DNA of 64,000 nucleotides, taken from the IMG/VR virus record IMGVR_UViG_3300030329_006605, positions 30,013 to 94,012 of that record; one strand, given 5' to 3'. Below the pieces are notes generated by a model. It had not been told where the DNA came from. It ran no database searches and worked only from the letters and a program-made list of their open reading frames with translations. This document shows, in pieces, positions 49,118-59,507 of this stretch. Both the position numbers and the translations under genes were made by a program. The number at the start of each line of letters is the position of its first letter. Positions within the stretch are counted from its first letter, which is position 1. This DNA comes from a virus.

Positions 49118-49891
49118 TTACCCCTTATTTAACCAATCTAAATCCTCAGAATCTTCTGGGGTTATGTCGATAATTGGCCCAGAACGAGAATCGGTGTTGT
49201 TGTCCTCTATCTCTGCCACCCATTTATGTTCTTCGTCAGTAACGGTTACATCTGTTGCCGACAATTCCACAATCCCATGTTCATTGACATCAGCGTGTTT
49301 GCCTAATGCTCCCTCATTGTTTGGTTTCATGCTCGCTATGGAAATTTTACTCAAGTCAAACATGACCATACATTTATCATTATAATCCGGATACCCTTCT
49401 GGGCAATCCTCATTGATTAAATAGATTGGCCTCAAGCTAAATGGTTTAATTAAAAGGTTAATTGGCCTCCAGCCCCCGTCTTCTGTTGGGGCAGAGTTGA
49501 AGTCCCACCCAGTAAGCGTGGTTGTTAGTAGGTATTTGCTGCCGCTTTTATTGATGTTGTCTAGCGCGGCATGGACGTTTTCGTTGGTTAAATGCCCAAG
49601 CACATCCCTAGCTAAAATTAAATCAACCTTTGGTAAGTCATCAGAAACAATATTTAATTTTTTAAAATTATAATCTGGATACATTTCTTTATTTGATTCT
49701 ATTAATGCATCAGATGTATCTGCGCCCGTATATTCTATATCATTCAAATCAACCTCGTTCATCCAACTAAAGTTTCCACAAGGTATATGTAATATTGATT
49801 TTATTTCGTATTTAGAAAAAACAAAAGGAAGTTCAGTTCTGAGGGTTTCTGTGCTATCCATATTATATCCACTCCTTCTCTGGTTGCTCAA
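49118..49891 (-). CDS. Class I SAM-methyltransferase-like protein
   Basis: SILHIPCGNFSWM, YTGAD, DLILARDVLGHL, WRPINL. Confidence 0.7.
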   Translation of the reverse strand: MSNQRRSGYNMDSTETLRTELPFVFSKYEIKSILHIPCGNFSWMNEVDLNDIEYTGADTSDALIESNKEMYPDYNFKKLNIVSDDLPKVDLILARDVLGHLTNENVHAALDNINKSGSKYLLTTTLTGWDFNSAPTEDGGWRPINLLIKPFSLRPIYLINEDCPEGYPDYNDKCMVMFDLSKISIASMKPNNEGALGKHADVNEHGIVELSATDVTVTDEEHKWVAEIEDNNTDSRSGPIIDITPEDSEDLDWLNKG

Positions 49892-50249
49892 GTGATTTGT
49901 TTTTAGTATAATTGACTAAAAGCTCATCCCCTTCTGGTATATTTTTTAAAGCCAACAATTTAAAAGCAAACGTCCTTACATCTTCTCCATTATGAGAGAT
50001 TAAAACTCTCTCGTCCATAACCACCTCGCAGTTTTCACTCGCAACGGAATGGTTGTATTTATAATTCGGGTCTAAACTTACCCAATCCTTATATTTGGGG
50101 TGATAGATGTGTGTGTATTGTAAAAAATCCCCCTCAAAAATGTCTTGTTTGGCAAAGAGGCCCACGCCTTGAATGTCGCTGTCTTTCAGCATAACAGACG
50201 CTCCAAGCTCGGAAGGCATTTTAATTGACGATGTAAATTTAGTTTCCAT
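49863..50249 (-). CDS. SET-domain protein
   Basis: SDIQGVGLFA, NHS...NC, NIPEGDELLVNY. Confidence 0.85.
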   Translation of the reverse strand: METKFTSSIKMPSELGASVMLKDSDIQGVGLFAKQDIFEGDFLQYTHIYHPKYKDWVSLDPNYKYNHSVASENCEVVMDERVLISHNGEDVRTFAFKLLALKNIPEGDELLVNYTKNKSLEQPEKEWI

Positions 50250-50623
50250 TCTTAAGTTCTTTAATTTCCTTTTTAAGTTTGATTATTTCTCGTCTCAAAT
50301 CCCTCTCCAACGCAAAACCTCTTTGACAATACTTACGTAATTTTTTCATAGCAGGGATATAATCATCTTTGAAGTGAATCATCCCGTCATTCTTTAAGGA
50401 CTTTAAAAATATTACGCCATCATCATAGGGGCCGCGAAAAAGTTCTTCACCGTCTTCTTTAATAACCCATTGAGAGGGGCTTGCGCTATGATCCCAGTAT
50501 CTTTTCATTTATCTCTTTTAATTAAGCTCCATAAGCCTTGCGCTACCGCATATATGAAGTAGCCTGTCGTATAGACGATTATTAATAATAAATAATACGC
50601 CTTTTTTAAAAATCCTTCTTCTT

Positions 50624-51220
50624 TCATACTGGTTTATACATGAAGGTAACATTCATTCTCCTATTCCATTCTCCCTCTTTCATGTGTACTCCATTGGTTT
50701 CGTGAAAAGTATTAGATTCAAACATCATCATTCTATTGTATTTGTATTTTATTTGCTCTTTGTTTGCGTCTTTTAGGTAATCCCTTATCTTGGGTACTTG
50801 TTTATTGTATTCTTCGTAGCTCCAATCTTCTGGTGCTTTTTTATTATAAATTGTAAGACCATTTTTGTCGGGGTCTGCAACACAATGGTCTGGCGTAATC
50901 CAGACATTAACATTCATTGCCGCTGGGTCTGCGTGAGGTGTGATTCCATCACACTTATTATTATAAACAAAAATCCATCCACCCGTCCACCGTGTCCCTT
51001 TTAGGAGGTCGATTTCATTAATGAATCTTTCAGATATTTTTTTGTACGCTTGACAATCTTCAGCAACGCGCGATATAGCCCAATAGCCGCCTTTGTAGTA
51101 ACCGTGCGGCTTGCCAGTATGCCCCCACCACCTCAACTCTTCAAGCTCATCGTCGGAGAGAGCGGAGTCTACAGTAGCAAACCCTTTTTCCTTATAATCT
51201 TCATGGCTATACTCGATCAT
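50624..51220 (-). CDS. 2OG-Fe(II) oxygenase-like protein
   Basis: PHAD, NVNVW, YNR..F.S..FHET, RMNVTF. Confidence 0.7.
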   Translation of the reverse strand: MIEYSHEDYKEKGFATVDSALSDDELEELRWWGHTGKPHGYYKGGYWAISRVAEDCQAYKKISERFINEIDLLKGTRWTGGWIFVYNNKCDGITPHADPAAMNVNVWITPDHCVADPDKNGLTIYNKKAPEDWSYEEYNKQVPKIRDYLKDANKEQIKYKYNRMMMFESNTFHETNGVHMKEGEWNRRMNVTFMYKPV

Positions 51221-51422
51221 CTCATCACTCTATATTTGCGAATTTTTTTGGTTTCCTTGCAAGAATATAAAAACAAAATTTGATCCCTTCCTTCGATTGG
51301 GTTGAAGTATTTCATCCATTCAATGTCAAATATATTTTTATGGTTACCATATGTGTGAGTATTCCAAGTCGGATCTGATGTTTTGTGCGACTTTCTTTTT
51401 GGTTTTCTTTTCTTACTTTTCA

Positions 51423-51962
51423 TTACGCAAAATCTATTTTATTAAAGTCAGAATAAGGAGGTTTTGCTTCCCACTGGATTTGTCTACCCGTATCCCCATT
51501 AAACCAATAATGAGCTACCTTAATCTCTCTTTCTGTTTCCACATCTTCCACCGTATCCGCAACTTCAACGCGCTCCACACCCCGCTGAATATAATAAATA
51601 TCATAAATAGAATCTACGATATTAATATCTTCTTTAGTCCTAACGTGCATATCAACAAAATCTTGAGCTTCTTCAAGCGTTACAAAATGTAATTTACCGC
51701 CGTCCATCCACCCAGCGTAGGGCCAGCCTTGGTCATCATCGGGAGTCATGTACTCTCTTTGGTAATTAAAACTACCTTTGGTATTTTGACTAAATACCCA
51801 TTCTCCTTGCTCTCTTTCGTAGCAATAAACCCTGTAATCCCAACGCTTCCCAGAGCTTTCTTTTTCTGGCCCTTTTTCATCATCTTCATACTTACAAGTA
51901 ATTGCGATTGCTGGCAACGCTGCCGCTACCCCTGCCGTTTTAATAAAGTTTCTTCTATTCAT
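51423..51962 (-). CDS. Protein with Tat-type signal peptide
   Basis: MNRRNFIKTAGVAAALPA. Confidence 0.6.
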   Translation of the reverse strand: MNRRNFIKTAGVAAALPAIAITCKYEDDEKGPEKESSGKRWDYRVYCYEREQGEWVFSQNTKGSFNYQREYMTPDDDQGWPYAGWMDGGKLHFVTLEEAQDFVDMHVRTKEDINIVDSIYDIYYIQRGVERVEVADTVEDVETEREIKVAHYWFNGDTGRQIQWEAKPPYSDFNKIDFA

Positions 51963-51980
51963 TTTTATATTTAATCTTTC

Positions 51981-52247
51981 TTAATTGTTTTTAATTATAT
52001 TATTTAAATTAAATTTATTCATCAAATTAGACACGCCGATTATTTCAATGCCAACTTGAGTATTTACTTCGTCTGTGTCTATTGTTACCATATTATCTTT
52101 ATCTTGATAAACCAAAACTGTGCCAACTTGCCCTTGGGGCGGGGCTACGTAAATATACATGGAGTCAGTTTCCTCGTTGTAACTTATACGATTATTAAAG
52201 TCATATTCATTATACTGTCCGTAGTCTTCTGGAAATTTAGCTTTCAT
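51981..52247 (-). CDS. DUF2283-like protein
   Basis: YNEETDSMYI...ID.D.....GIEII. Confidence 0.55.
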   Translation of the reverse strand: MKAKFPEDYGQYNEYDFNNRISYNEETDSMYIYVAPPQGQVGTVLVYQDKDNMVTIDTDEVNTQVGIEIIGVSNLMNKFNLNNIIKNN

Positions 52248-52669
52248 CTAATTCTTTTAAATCGTCCTCAAAGTCTTTAGCGTTTATGAACTCATGCTCC
52301 ACTATGTCTAATGGAGCAACCACAACCTTGGTATTGAAAAGTCGAGAATATTCTTGAGCATCCTTTTTCTTGCGAAAAAATCCCATGGTATTATGTGTCC
52401 CGCCGGTTCCCTGCTGTCTTAGTTCATAAAACTTCATAAGCTCTAAATTAATAATAAGGGAAATTTATTCAAAGTCAACAAAAAAGAAAGCGATGACCCT
52501 GTTAACCCGACCGCAATTAAGCGCGAATCAACAAGGTCACCGCAAACCGCGAAAAAAAACGGCATCGTAAATCAAAACGCCGTTTTAACGCCTCTTCTCT
52601 CGTGGCGCAGCAAAGAATGGAAGTAAAATAGGACAACTACTCCCGATGTTCTACGCTTTAAGAAAAGGG

Positions 52670-52850
52670 TGGGAAGAAGGATTTCTGCATTACCTCCAAG
52701 ACCGATACACAATACAGTTCAGTATAACCAGTCTACTAACACTACAAGAGTCATACGATTGCACTCTCTCAAGTAGCCTTATGCCTTACCCCTTATGATG
52801 GAGGGTTATTCGGCCATTCCCAGTTCGCCAGCCGTCGCCAGCAAACAAAT
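52670..52850 (-). ncRNA. Structured RNA resembling the manA RNA motif
   Basis: Own promoter 52870-52897; closing stem UGGGAA/UUCCCA; GGCCGAAUAA, GGUAAGGC, GGAGGUA-augcag-AAAUCCUUC; pseudoknot CUGUAUU/AAUGCAG. Family recognised from memory. Confidence 0.6.
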
Positions 52851-52906
52851 CTATTAAAGAACTATTTATAGTATAGGATTATTTTATGTTTGGTCAAGGC
52901 TTTTTT

Positions 52907-53584
52907 CTACTTTTTTTTATCTCCCCAGTTAAATCTGGGTTTAAAGCGGGTCTTATCTTTTGAAGAGCGAGCTTTTTTGGGGAAATTTGGCTGTTTTCGC
53001 CCTTTTCTTTTCCATAATGGTACATACTCGCCAAATATATCAGCAAAATTATCGTCGTATTTTTGCTTGTCTACTGGTCTTGGTTTGTCTCCTTTTCCGT
53101 TCATGAATAATTATTTATATTTTTTCTTAAAAACTTTATGCCCTGCCGCTACCCCGCGCTTTCTGCTTCCGAAAACTTCTTCATAATTTTTGTCGTATTT
53201 AGGCTTATTGCCGATTCTGCTTCCTGCGTCTGGCCTTCCCTCTTCTAATGAGGCCGCGCAGTAATCTCGTTCATCCCTACCCTCTGGGTTGTCGCTAAGA
53301 AACCTTTGTTTTACGACCACCTGATCTGGGTTCGTGGGGTGGTCTTCGACCCAGCCATAGGTTTTGCCACCTTTCCTTCTGTCTGAGGCGGCATAGTTTC
53401 CGTCAATCTGATCCATTGCTACAACACCAGACCCATTAGCGGTTTCGCCCCTTGAAGGTAGTCCGCCTAATTTTGCAGCTTTCTCCCCAGACTTGTTGCG
53501 ACCTCTGTCATTGACAAATTTCTGTTGTGCTTTATTAAGGCGATTATCTTTTCTTGATTTTTTAGGTTTTTTCTTCTTTGCCAT
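52907..53584 (-). CDS. Two basic proteins sharing KYDxN(F/Y)xx(I/V)FG (52907-53104, 53111-53584)
   Basis: KYDDNFADIFG and KYDKNYEEVFG. Confidence 0.6.
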
Positions 53585-53586
53585 AT

Positions 53587-54492
53587 CTAATTATACACAT
53601 TATTAAGGTAATCTTCTAATTTAACAGTAGGTTCGTAGTTAAGCATTTTTTTTATTTTAGTTATATCTGCTAATGTTTCTTTTGCTTCTCCTTTTCTTGG
53701 CGGCAGATAACTTATTTCTCCCCCTATTATTTTTGCAATCTCTAGTACGCTATGATTCCTTCCTGTACCTACATTAAATATTTCGCCCGCTATTTCTTTA
53801 TTATTTGAATTTTTTGCTAAAATATTAGCATTAACGACATCTTTAACATTAGTAAAATCTCGCCTTTGTTTTCCGTCTCCCACCACTGTTAATGGTTCTA
53901 AATTTTGTTTCTGTCTTAAAAATATTCCAATCAAGGGGGCGTATTGACCTTTAAGTGGTTGTCTTTCCCCATAAACATTAAAATATCTAAAAATGACGGT
54001 TTCTAATCCGTATAAGGAATTATACATCTTACATAAATCTTCAGCCGCAACCTTTGAGACAGAATATGGATTAAGGCAGTCTCGGTGCATATCTTCTTTA
54101 TGGGGTGGCTCGTTGTGTCCGTATGCAGATGATGTAGAGGAATACATTACTCTTTTAATTTTGTAAAATCTAGAAAGCTGAAGAACATTGCAGGTTCCTA
54201 TAAAATTATTCTCACAAGCCAAAATAGGATTCTTTATACTCGGAGGTATTCTTGCGTAAGCCGCCAAGTGAAACACGTACTCTGGTCTAAATTCACGAAA
54301 AGGTTTTGTTATACTTTTGTAATCTGATATGTCAGATTTGTAATTATGGCAATTTGAGTTCCAGTAAAACTCCTCGTTAGAGTTTGAAGACTCATTATCG
54401 ACAACGCAAACCTCGTTGCCTTCGTCAAGCAATCTATCAACTATGTGACTCCCTATGAAGCCCGCGCCGCCTGTAACTAAGCATCTGCTCAT
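53587..54492 (-). CDS. NAD-dependent epimerase/dehydratase
   Basis: GGAGFIGSH, FHLAA, YSVSK, RYFNVYG, RDFTNV. Confidence 0.9.
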   Translation of the reverse strand: MSRCLVTGGAGFIGSHIVDRLLDEGNEVCVVDNESSNSNEEFYWNSNCHNYKSDISDYKSITKPFREFRPEYVFHLAAYARIPPSIKNPILACENNFIGTCNVLQLSRFYKIKRVMYSSTSSAYGHNEPPHKEDMHRDCLNPYSVSKVAAEDLCKMYNSLYGLETVIFRYFNVYGERQPLKGQYAPLIGIFLRQKQNLEPLTVVGDGKQRRDFTNVKDVVNANILAKNSNNKEIAGEIFNVGTGRNHSVLEIAKIIGGEISYLPPRKGEAKETLADITKIKKMLNYEPTVKLEDYLNNVYN

Positions 54493-54527
54493 ACTTTTTT
54501 AAAAAATAAAGTGTAATAACAAAGACA

Positions 54528-54857
54528 ATGAATCTCGTAATTACATCGAAAATCGCTTGTGATCCTCCTTCTGAGGGGCTTTATTTTAGACACCTGACAA
54601 TGGTGGCAAAGCACGATCTTTCTTATAATATACTACTCGAAAGCGAAAAAGAATCAATAGATTTTTATTATGATTTTTTAAAAAAAAGAGGGTGGTATGA
54701 TTATATGGATGGAATTGTTACTCCTGAAGAAAAAGAAGAGGGCGTTAGGCTCGACACAGAACTAAAATACCCATTAACAATATTAACCCCGCATATCAGA
54801 TACGAGAATATACTAAATTTAATGGGGCAAATTAAGTCTATGAGAGATTTATTCTGA
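54528..54857 (+). CDS. Hypothetical protein
   Basis: GTGTAAT 10 nt upstream of ATG. Confidence 0.6.
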   Translation: MNLVITSKIACDPPSEGLYFRHLTMVAKHDLSYNILLESEKESIDFYYDFLKKRGWYDYMDGIVTPEEKEEGVRLDTELKYPLTILTPHIRYENILNLMGQIKSMRDLF

Positions 54858-55532
54858 TTTAATATTTTTCAATTTATTAACGTCCTCAATATACTTTGAA
54901 TTAATCGGGCTGGCGTGAAATGCTTCCCCATACTTTTGTCTTATCTGTTCTGGTGTGCGAACATAATGCTCTATTGCGACCTCTTCATCTCCAAACTTCC
55001 ACTCGCCAGCTTGAGCGGGCCAAGGCTTAACTGGGCAGGGATGACCAGCGTGAGTTAAATTAATTTTTAAATAGCTTAACAATGCGCCTATAACGACATC
55101 GTCTCTGGGCATATTGTAATCTAATTGCTCCACCGTCTCTTTGGAGAATACCGCAGCAGAACCAGAAAGATACCCGTGGTTGTCATGGCCCCAAGCGTTA
55201 GACTCAGACCAATTCAAAGACATAAACAGAGGAACATTAACAAGACAATCGTCATCCATAGCAAGGACATGAGAATAACTATAGGTTGACAAATATCTCC
55301 ACAGCCAACACATTCTATTAGTTAAGTCTCTATGGTTATTTAGGCCGGGGGTATAAAGCTCGTCTCCTTTTAATGTAGGCTCGGTTATTTGCGCGTCACC
55401 GGCAATTACAAAAAATAAATCGGCCCCCGCGTTAAGAAAATCTTTCCCCCAAGTTTGTCTTATAGCATTTCTGCGTTCGCCCATTTGTTGGGGCGAACGT
55501 ACGGCTACTACAAGTTTGGTGTTTTCGTTCAT
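54849..55532 (-). CDS. GT31-like galactosyltransferase
   Basis: RRNAIRQTWG, MDDD, YLSG, DDVVIG. Confidence 0.75.
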   Translation of the reverse strand: MNENTKLVVAVRSPQQMGERRNAIRQTWGKDFLNAGADLFFVIAGDAQITEPTLKGDELYTPGLNNHRDLTNRMCWLWRYLSTYSYSHVLAMDDDCLVNVPLFMSLNWSESNAWGHDNHGYLSGSAAVFSKETVEQLDYNMPRDDVVIGALLSYLKINLTHAGHPCPVKPWPAQAGEWKFGDEEVAIEHYVRTPEQIRQKYGEAFHASPINSKYIEDVNKLKNIKSE

Positions 55533-56143
55533 TTTTTTAAATTACGAATCCATAAATCTAATCTGGATAAATTTATATATATTTTAGAAAAGACAAAACA
55601 CAAAGGAGAAACCAATACATACGCCAGCCAACCAAAACAACGAACAAGTAAATTTTTTCTTTCTGGAGGCTTTGCCATTTCGTTTATTGCTTCCATTAAT
55701 TTCTCCTTGGCTTCCAAGCGTGGCGCATTTGACTTTTTTTCATAGTTTGCTAATTCCACTTCTTTCAAGTCGCCCTTCCAAAAAAGCGTCTTGAATTCAA
55801 TCCAGTAATCATACTTCTTCCCTTTAAAGAGCGTGCCGAAAACTATTTCTCCTGTGTATTCGTCTCTCTCTATTCCATTTTCAGAAACAGTAACATTTAA
55901 TAATCCGTTGTCATCTTCTTGGTAGTTTTCTTCAATCAAATGCCTATAAATTAGGCCATCTTCGCTAATTGTGACTTTATCTCCACCGACAAAATCCATA
56001 AAATTATCTACTGTGGCGATTGGCATATTAAAGCTATGAAACTCAACTTCATCCCACTTTACTAAGCTGAACATAAGCTCATCTTCCTCTTCTAATTTAT
56101 CTGTAGGAATAGGTAATTCGTGCTCGCATATTACGATAGTCAT
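55529..56143 (-). CDS. Hypothetical protein with C-terminal TM
   Basis: 204-aa ORF coupled to neighbours. Confidence 0.55.
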   Translation of the reverse strand: MTIVICEHELPIPTDKLEEEDELMFSLVKWDEVEFHSFNMPIATVDNFMDFVGGDKVTISEDGLIYRHLIEENYQEDDNGLLNVTVSENGIERDEYTGEIVFGTLFKGKKYDYWIEFKTLFWKGDLKEVELANYEKKSNAPRLEAKEKLMEAINEMAKPPERKNLLVRCFGWLAYVLVSPLCFVFSKIYINLSRLDLWIRNLKK

Positions 56144-56733
56144 GTAAGTATCCTTTCTAAGTTTTTTTCTGTTCTAATTATTTTGAGCGCATTCCTTTTT
56201 GCATAAAATAACCTAGACATAACTGTGCCTATAGAACAGTCCATTTGTTCTGCAATTTCTTTGTAGCTTAAACGGTCTGCGTAATAAAATTTTAAAATTA
56301 TTTGATGCGCTGGGGAGAGTCCACCTAAAAGTATTTCTACTTCGAGCTTCCGTTCTTCATTGCAGATTTTTTCAACAGGCGTGGGTGAAGAATCTATCTC
56401 GTGCTTGGGGAGTTTATAAGCTGGAACTTCATCGTAATAATCTTCTTTATTTCTTTCTCTCTTTTTGTAATCATCTATAAATAAATTTCTTGCTATCGCA
56501 TTTGCCCAAGTACAATAAGTGCTGTCTCCTTTAAATTTTGGTATAGCTTTCCAGCTTTTTATTAAGGTTCTTTGGTATATTTCGTCTGCTCTATCTTTAT
56601 TTGGCTCTTTGGAAAGAATCCAAGAATATATATAACTTTTATTTCTATCAACCAACTCATCAAATGCGAGTGCGTCTCTTTCTCTACAGAAAGAAAGGAG
56701 TTCTTTTTCTGACATTTCGCTATAAGTTTTCAC
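56140..56733 (-). CDS. ECF sigma factor (RpoE-like)
   Basis: AFDELV, FKGDSTYCTW..IARN..ID, LSYKEIA..M.CSIGTVMSRLFYAK. Confidence 0.9.
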   Translation of the reverse strand: MKTYSEMSEKELLSFCRERDALAFDELVDRNKSYIYSWILSKEPNKDRADEIYQRTLIKSWKAIPKFKGDSTYCTWANAIARNLFIDDYKKRERNKEDYYDEVPAYKLPKHEIDSSPTPVEKICNEERKLEVEILLGGLSPAHQIILKFYYADRLSYKEIAEQMDCSIGTVMSRLFYAKRNALKIIRTEKNLERILT

Positions 56734-57294
56734 TTTTTAAATGTACAAATTATCTCTGTATCTCCTCCTGTATACATTATTAACTTGACTTTTCTAATTC
56801 CGCCTTTTAGCATATTTAAACATTCTTTGTTTACGCAATCATGACAAAATATTTTCGCGCGTTTAAATGAAGGAGGTTTAAATTTAAAATAAGCAAGCTT
56901 TTGATTGTCGTACAAAATATTGTAATCACGAGCGGAGTATCCTAGCTCACACCTAAAACAAGATATTTTAGACTTTCTACTTTCTGCATCCACAAGTGTT
57001 GCTTTAAGTGTTATCATTTTCTATTAGCTCTTTCAGTATTTCAAGGTGAAATACCATCCAGCTTTTGCCTACGGCTTTCTGTGCTTTGCCTGAATTAATC
57101 ATCTCAGACTTCCAATTCCGGTCATCTTGTTCGGCTTTTTCAATTATTTGCTCTAATAATGGTAATATTTTAGCGTCCATAATACTTTATTCTAGCATAT
57201 TTTTATTTAGAATCAAACAAATAATATTTATTAAAAATAGTGTAAGCAAATCACCTACAATGGCGATATATTAAGTGTAATATTTGTAGAGACC

Positions 57295-57528
57295 ATGATG
57301 ATACAGCTTAATCCTCCCATTCCTGTGGAAACACCTCTCGGAGAGGGGTGGGCTCATTTAGTTATAGATTATAGTCCGAGTTTTAATTCTACTTGGGTAG
57401 TTTTTCTTTCTGATTCTGGTATGGTTAAACATTTTGACTCTAATGATCTTAGGGTTAGCGGTAATGAAACTTTTGGCATCCCTTATCACGAAATTCCTAA
57501 AACTAACCCAAGGCCTTGGAAAAAATGA
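57295..57528 (+). CDS. Small conserved phage protein
   Basis: QLNPPIPVETPLGEGWAHLVIDY; GTGTAAT upstream. Confidence 0.65.
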   Translation: MMIQLNPPIPVETPLGEGWAHLVIDYSPSFNSTWVVFLSDSGMVKHFDSNDLRVSGNETFGIPYHEIPKTNPRPWKK

Positions 57529-58289
57529 ATATCTTTTTTCATCATATCTGTGGTAAGATGACGGACATGAGTCTTATATACTGTAATGTCTACGCAAACG
57601 TAGAGCCCCATGAAGAAACTCATGCCTTGGAGAATGGATGGGCCATAGATGAGTGGACTCAGAAAGAACCTAGATATTGGTTTCAAGGAAGACAAACAAG
57701 AATAGATGTTAACGCTCTTAAATATAACAAGAAGACCAGAAGGATAATCAACAGATGTCCAAATATACAGCATAAGGTAAAGAAGTATTCAGAGACAGAC
57801 ATAGATGAGATACAAGGCGTGTACGATAAATATATGACTCATCGAGGGTTTGTAGATGACCTAGGAGAAGGTGGCCCCGCGCACCAAGTAGAACTAGACC
57901 CAGACAATAAATTAGTTTTTCATTATTATGAAGATGGAGAGCTAAAGGCTTACACTTTGGTTAGGACTTATGACAACAGCCCCTCGATGACAGGGCTTCA
58001 ATTTTGCTGGGATTACCATAAACCAGAGATGTCTTTGGGTAAATACAGCGTGGTAAGGGAAATAGAATGGGCGCGCGATCATGGTATGAAGTATTTGTAT
58101 ATGATGGCTGGGTACGAAAAAACCTGCATATACAAGAGAGATTTTACTGGGTTTGAATTTTGGGACGGCAAAAAATGGTCGGACGATAAAAAGATGTATG
58201 TCTATATGTGTGAAAGAGATAGTGAAGTTCAATCCTTTCAGGATATGAATGACCTTATGTGGGAACACGAAAAGAACTATTTCAAATGA
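57525..58289 (+). CDS. Ate1/Bpt-like aminoacyl-tRNA-protein transferase
   Basis: LENGW, RID, YDKY..HRGF, WDY..PEMSLGKYS...EIEWAR..GMKYLYM..GY....YK; ATGA coupling. Confidence 0.75.
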   Translation: MNIFFHHICGKMTDMSLIYCNVYANVEPHEETHALENGWAIDEWTQKEPRYWFQGRQTRIDVNALKYNKKTRRIINRCPNIQHKVKKYSETDIDEIQGVYDKYMTHRGFVDDLGEGGPAHQVELDPDNKLVFHYYEDGELKAYTLVRTYDNSPSMTGLQFCWDYHKPEMSLGKYSVVREIEWARDHGMKYLYMMAGYEKTCIYKRDFTGFEFWDGKKWSDDKKMYVYMCERDSEVQSFQDMNDLMWEHEKNYFK

Positions 58290-58304
58290 GCCCTGATTAG
58301 AATA

Positions 58305-58511
58305 ATGTATGAACTAAATGTATCTGACTATAGAGTAAAGGTTTTTCTATGTAATGACGGAGACTGGAGGCACGATACTGTGTTTATATATAATGATACA
58401 AAAGTTATAGCACAAAAAGAAATAAGAGCAATTATTCAATATCTCCATGAAGAGGGGTTTATTAAAGACAAGAGAACAAAATATTATATTGCCGAAAGAA
58501 ACTCTGATTAA
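58305..58511 (+). CDS. Small protein with YLxxEGFI motif
   Basis: IIQYLHEEGFI. Confidence 0.6.
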   Translation: MYELNVSDYRVKVFLCNDGDWRHDTVFIYNDTKVIAQKEIRAIIQYLHEEGFIKDKRTKYYIAERNSD

Positions 58512-59309
58512 TCTTCGCCGTTTAGCTCTTCGCTTATATTACCATGCCCCCTTACAAAAGGGTGGTCTTTTGTATCCAACTCCTTGGTTAATGGTGGACT
58601 CATATCATACCCTGCCGACCAAGGAGTATTTAAGTTTCTAAGAGTTTCTTCGATAAATAAATTCGCCGATTTTATTTCTATTGGAGCTTCTTCATTAACT
58701 TGGGGAGGCACAACGGGGGTGGTAATTTTTTGTAAATGCTCTACAAACGCTTGGGAATTTTCCTTATCTAAAAGAACGGTGAGTGGGCCTTTATCGCCTA
58801 TGAATGTAATAGTTATTTGGTTCTTCTTGTTTATTTTTACAGTTAAACCTTTGTCACCCTTCAGTGAGGGAAAAAAATTAGTATTATTACTCATCTTGTG
58901 CTCCGCTTATAATGGCCACCATATATTCTTGCTCTCGCGCGCCTTTTTTTTCTAAGTAATCCAGCCTTTGGTCTAAAGTCTGAGCTTTTTCGAACATCTC
59001 CTCATCTGTTATGGCTCCAAACGCGTGATCATTCTCTAGTTTACGAGCCTCTTTTATTAAAAGCTTACTTTGCTCTTGCCACCAATCAATACTTTTTTGG
59101 CACATCTCTATTTGCTCTAGAATTTTTTTATTCATTTACTTTCTAAAGAAAACTTCTTTTTGCCGCCGATCTTTCTTATATATTTATTAGCACGAACCCT
59201 ACCCTCTTCCGTGTGCGGAAACGCTCCGTAGAGTTGTTTAGAGGAATTTTCAATCACTAAATAATATTTAAATCTTCTTTTCAATTTGACAGTTTTTTTA
59301 GGGAAGTAT

Positions 59310-59489
59310 TCACTCTTCAGTGCCTACTATTTCGACGGGGAATTCTTGTTTAGATATGAACCCCTCTTTAAATAGGTAACTAACAATGCTAACAGCTTGT
59401 TCTTCGCTGATCTTGTTATCGGGATCAAAAATCCTAACTTTATATTTCAAGATCGATATGTGTACACCATTAAAGTTGATATTCTCCAC
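59310..59489 (-). CDS. 59-aa paralog with YLxxEGFI motif (GTG start)
   Basis: Not in track; ...IVSYLFKEGFISK...; GTG 7 nt after GTGTAAT. Confidence 0.6.
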   Translation of the reverse strand: MENINFNGVHISILKYKVRIFDPDNKISEEQAVSIVSYLFKEGFISKQEFPVEIVGTEE

Positions 59490-59507
59490 ATAGTGTATTA
59501 CACTTAT

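Noticed and set aside
56140-56733. Firm host assignment (PVC/Verrucomicrobiota-like ECF sigma)
   Set aside because: The resemblance is from memory only and needs phylogeny or spacer matches.
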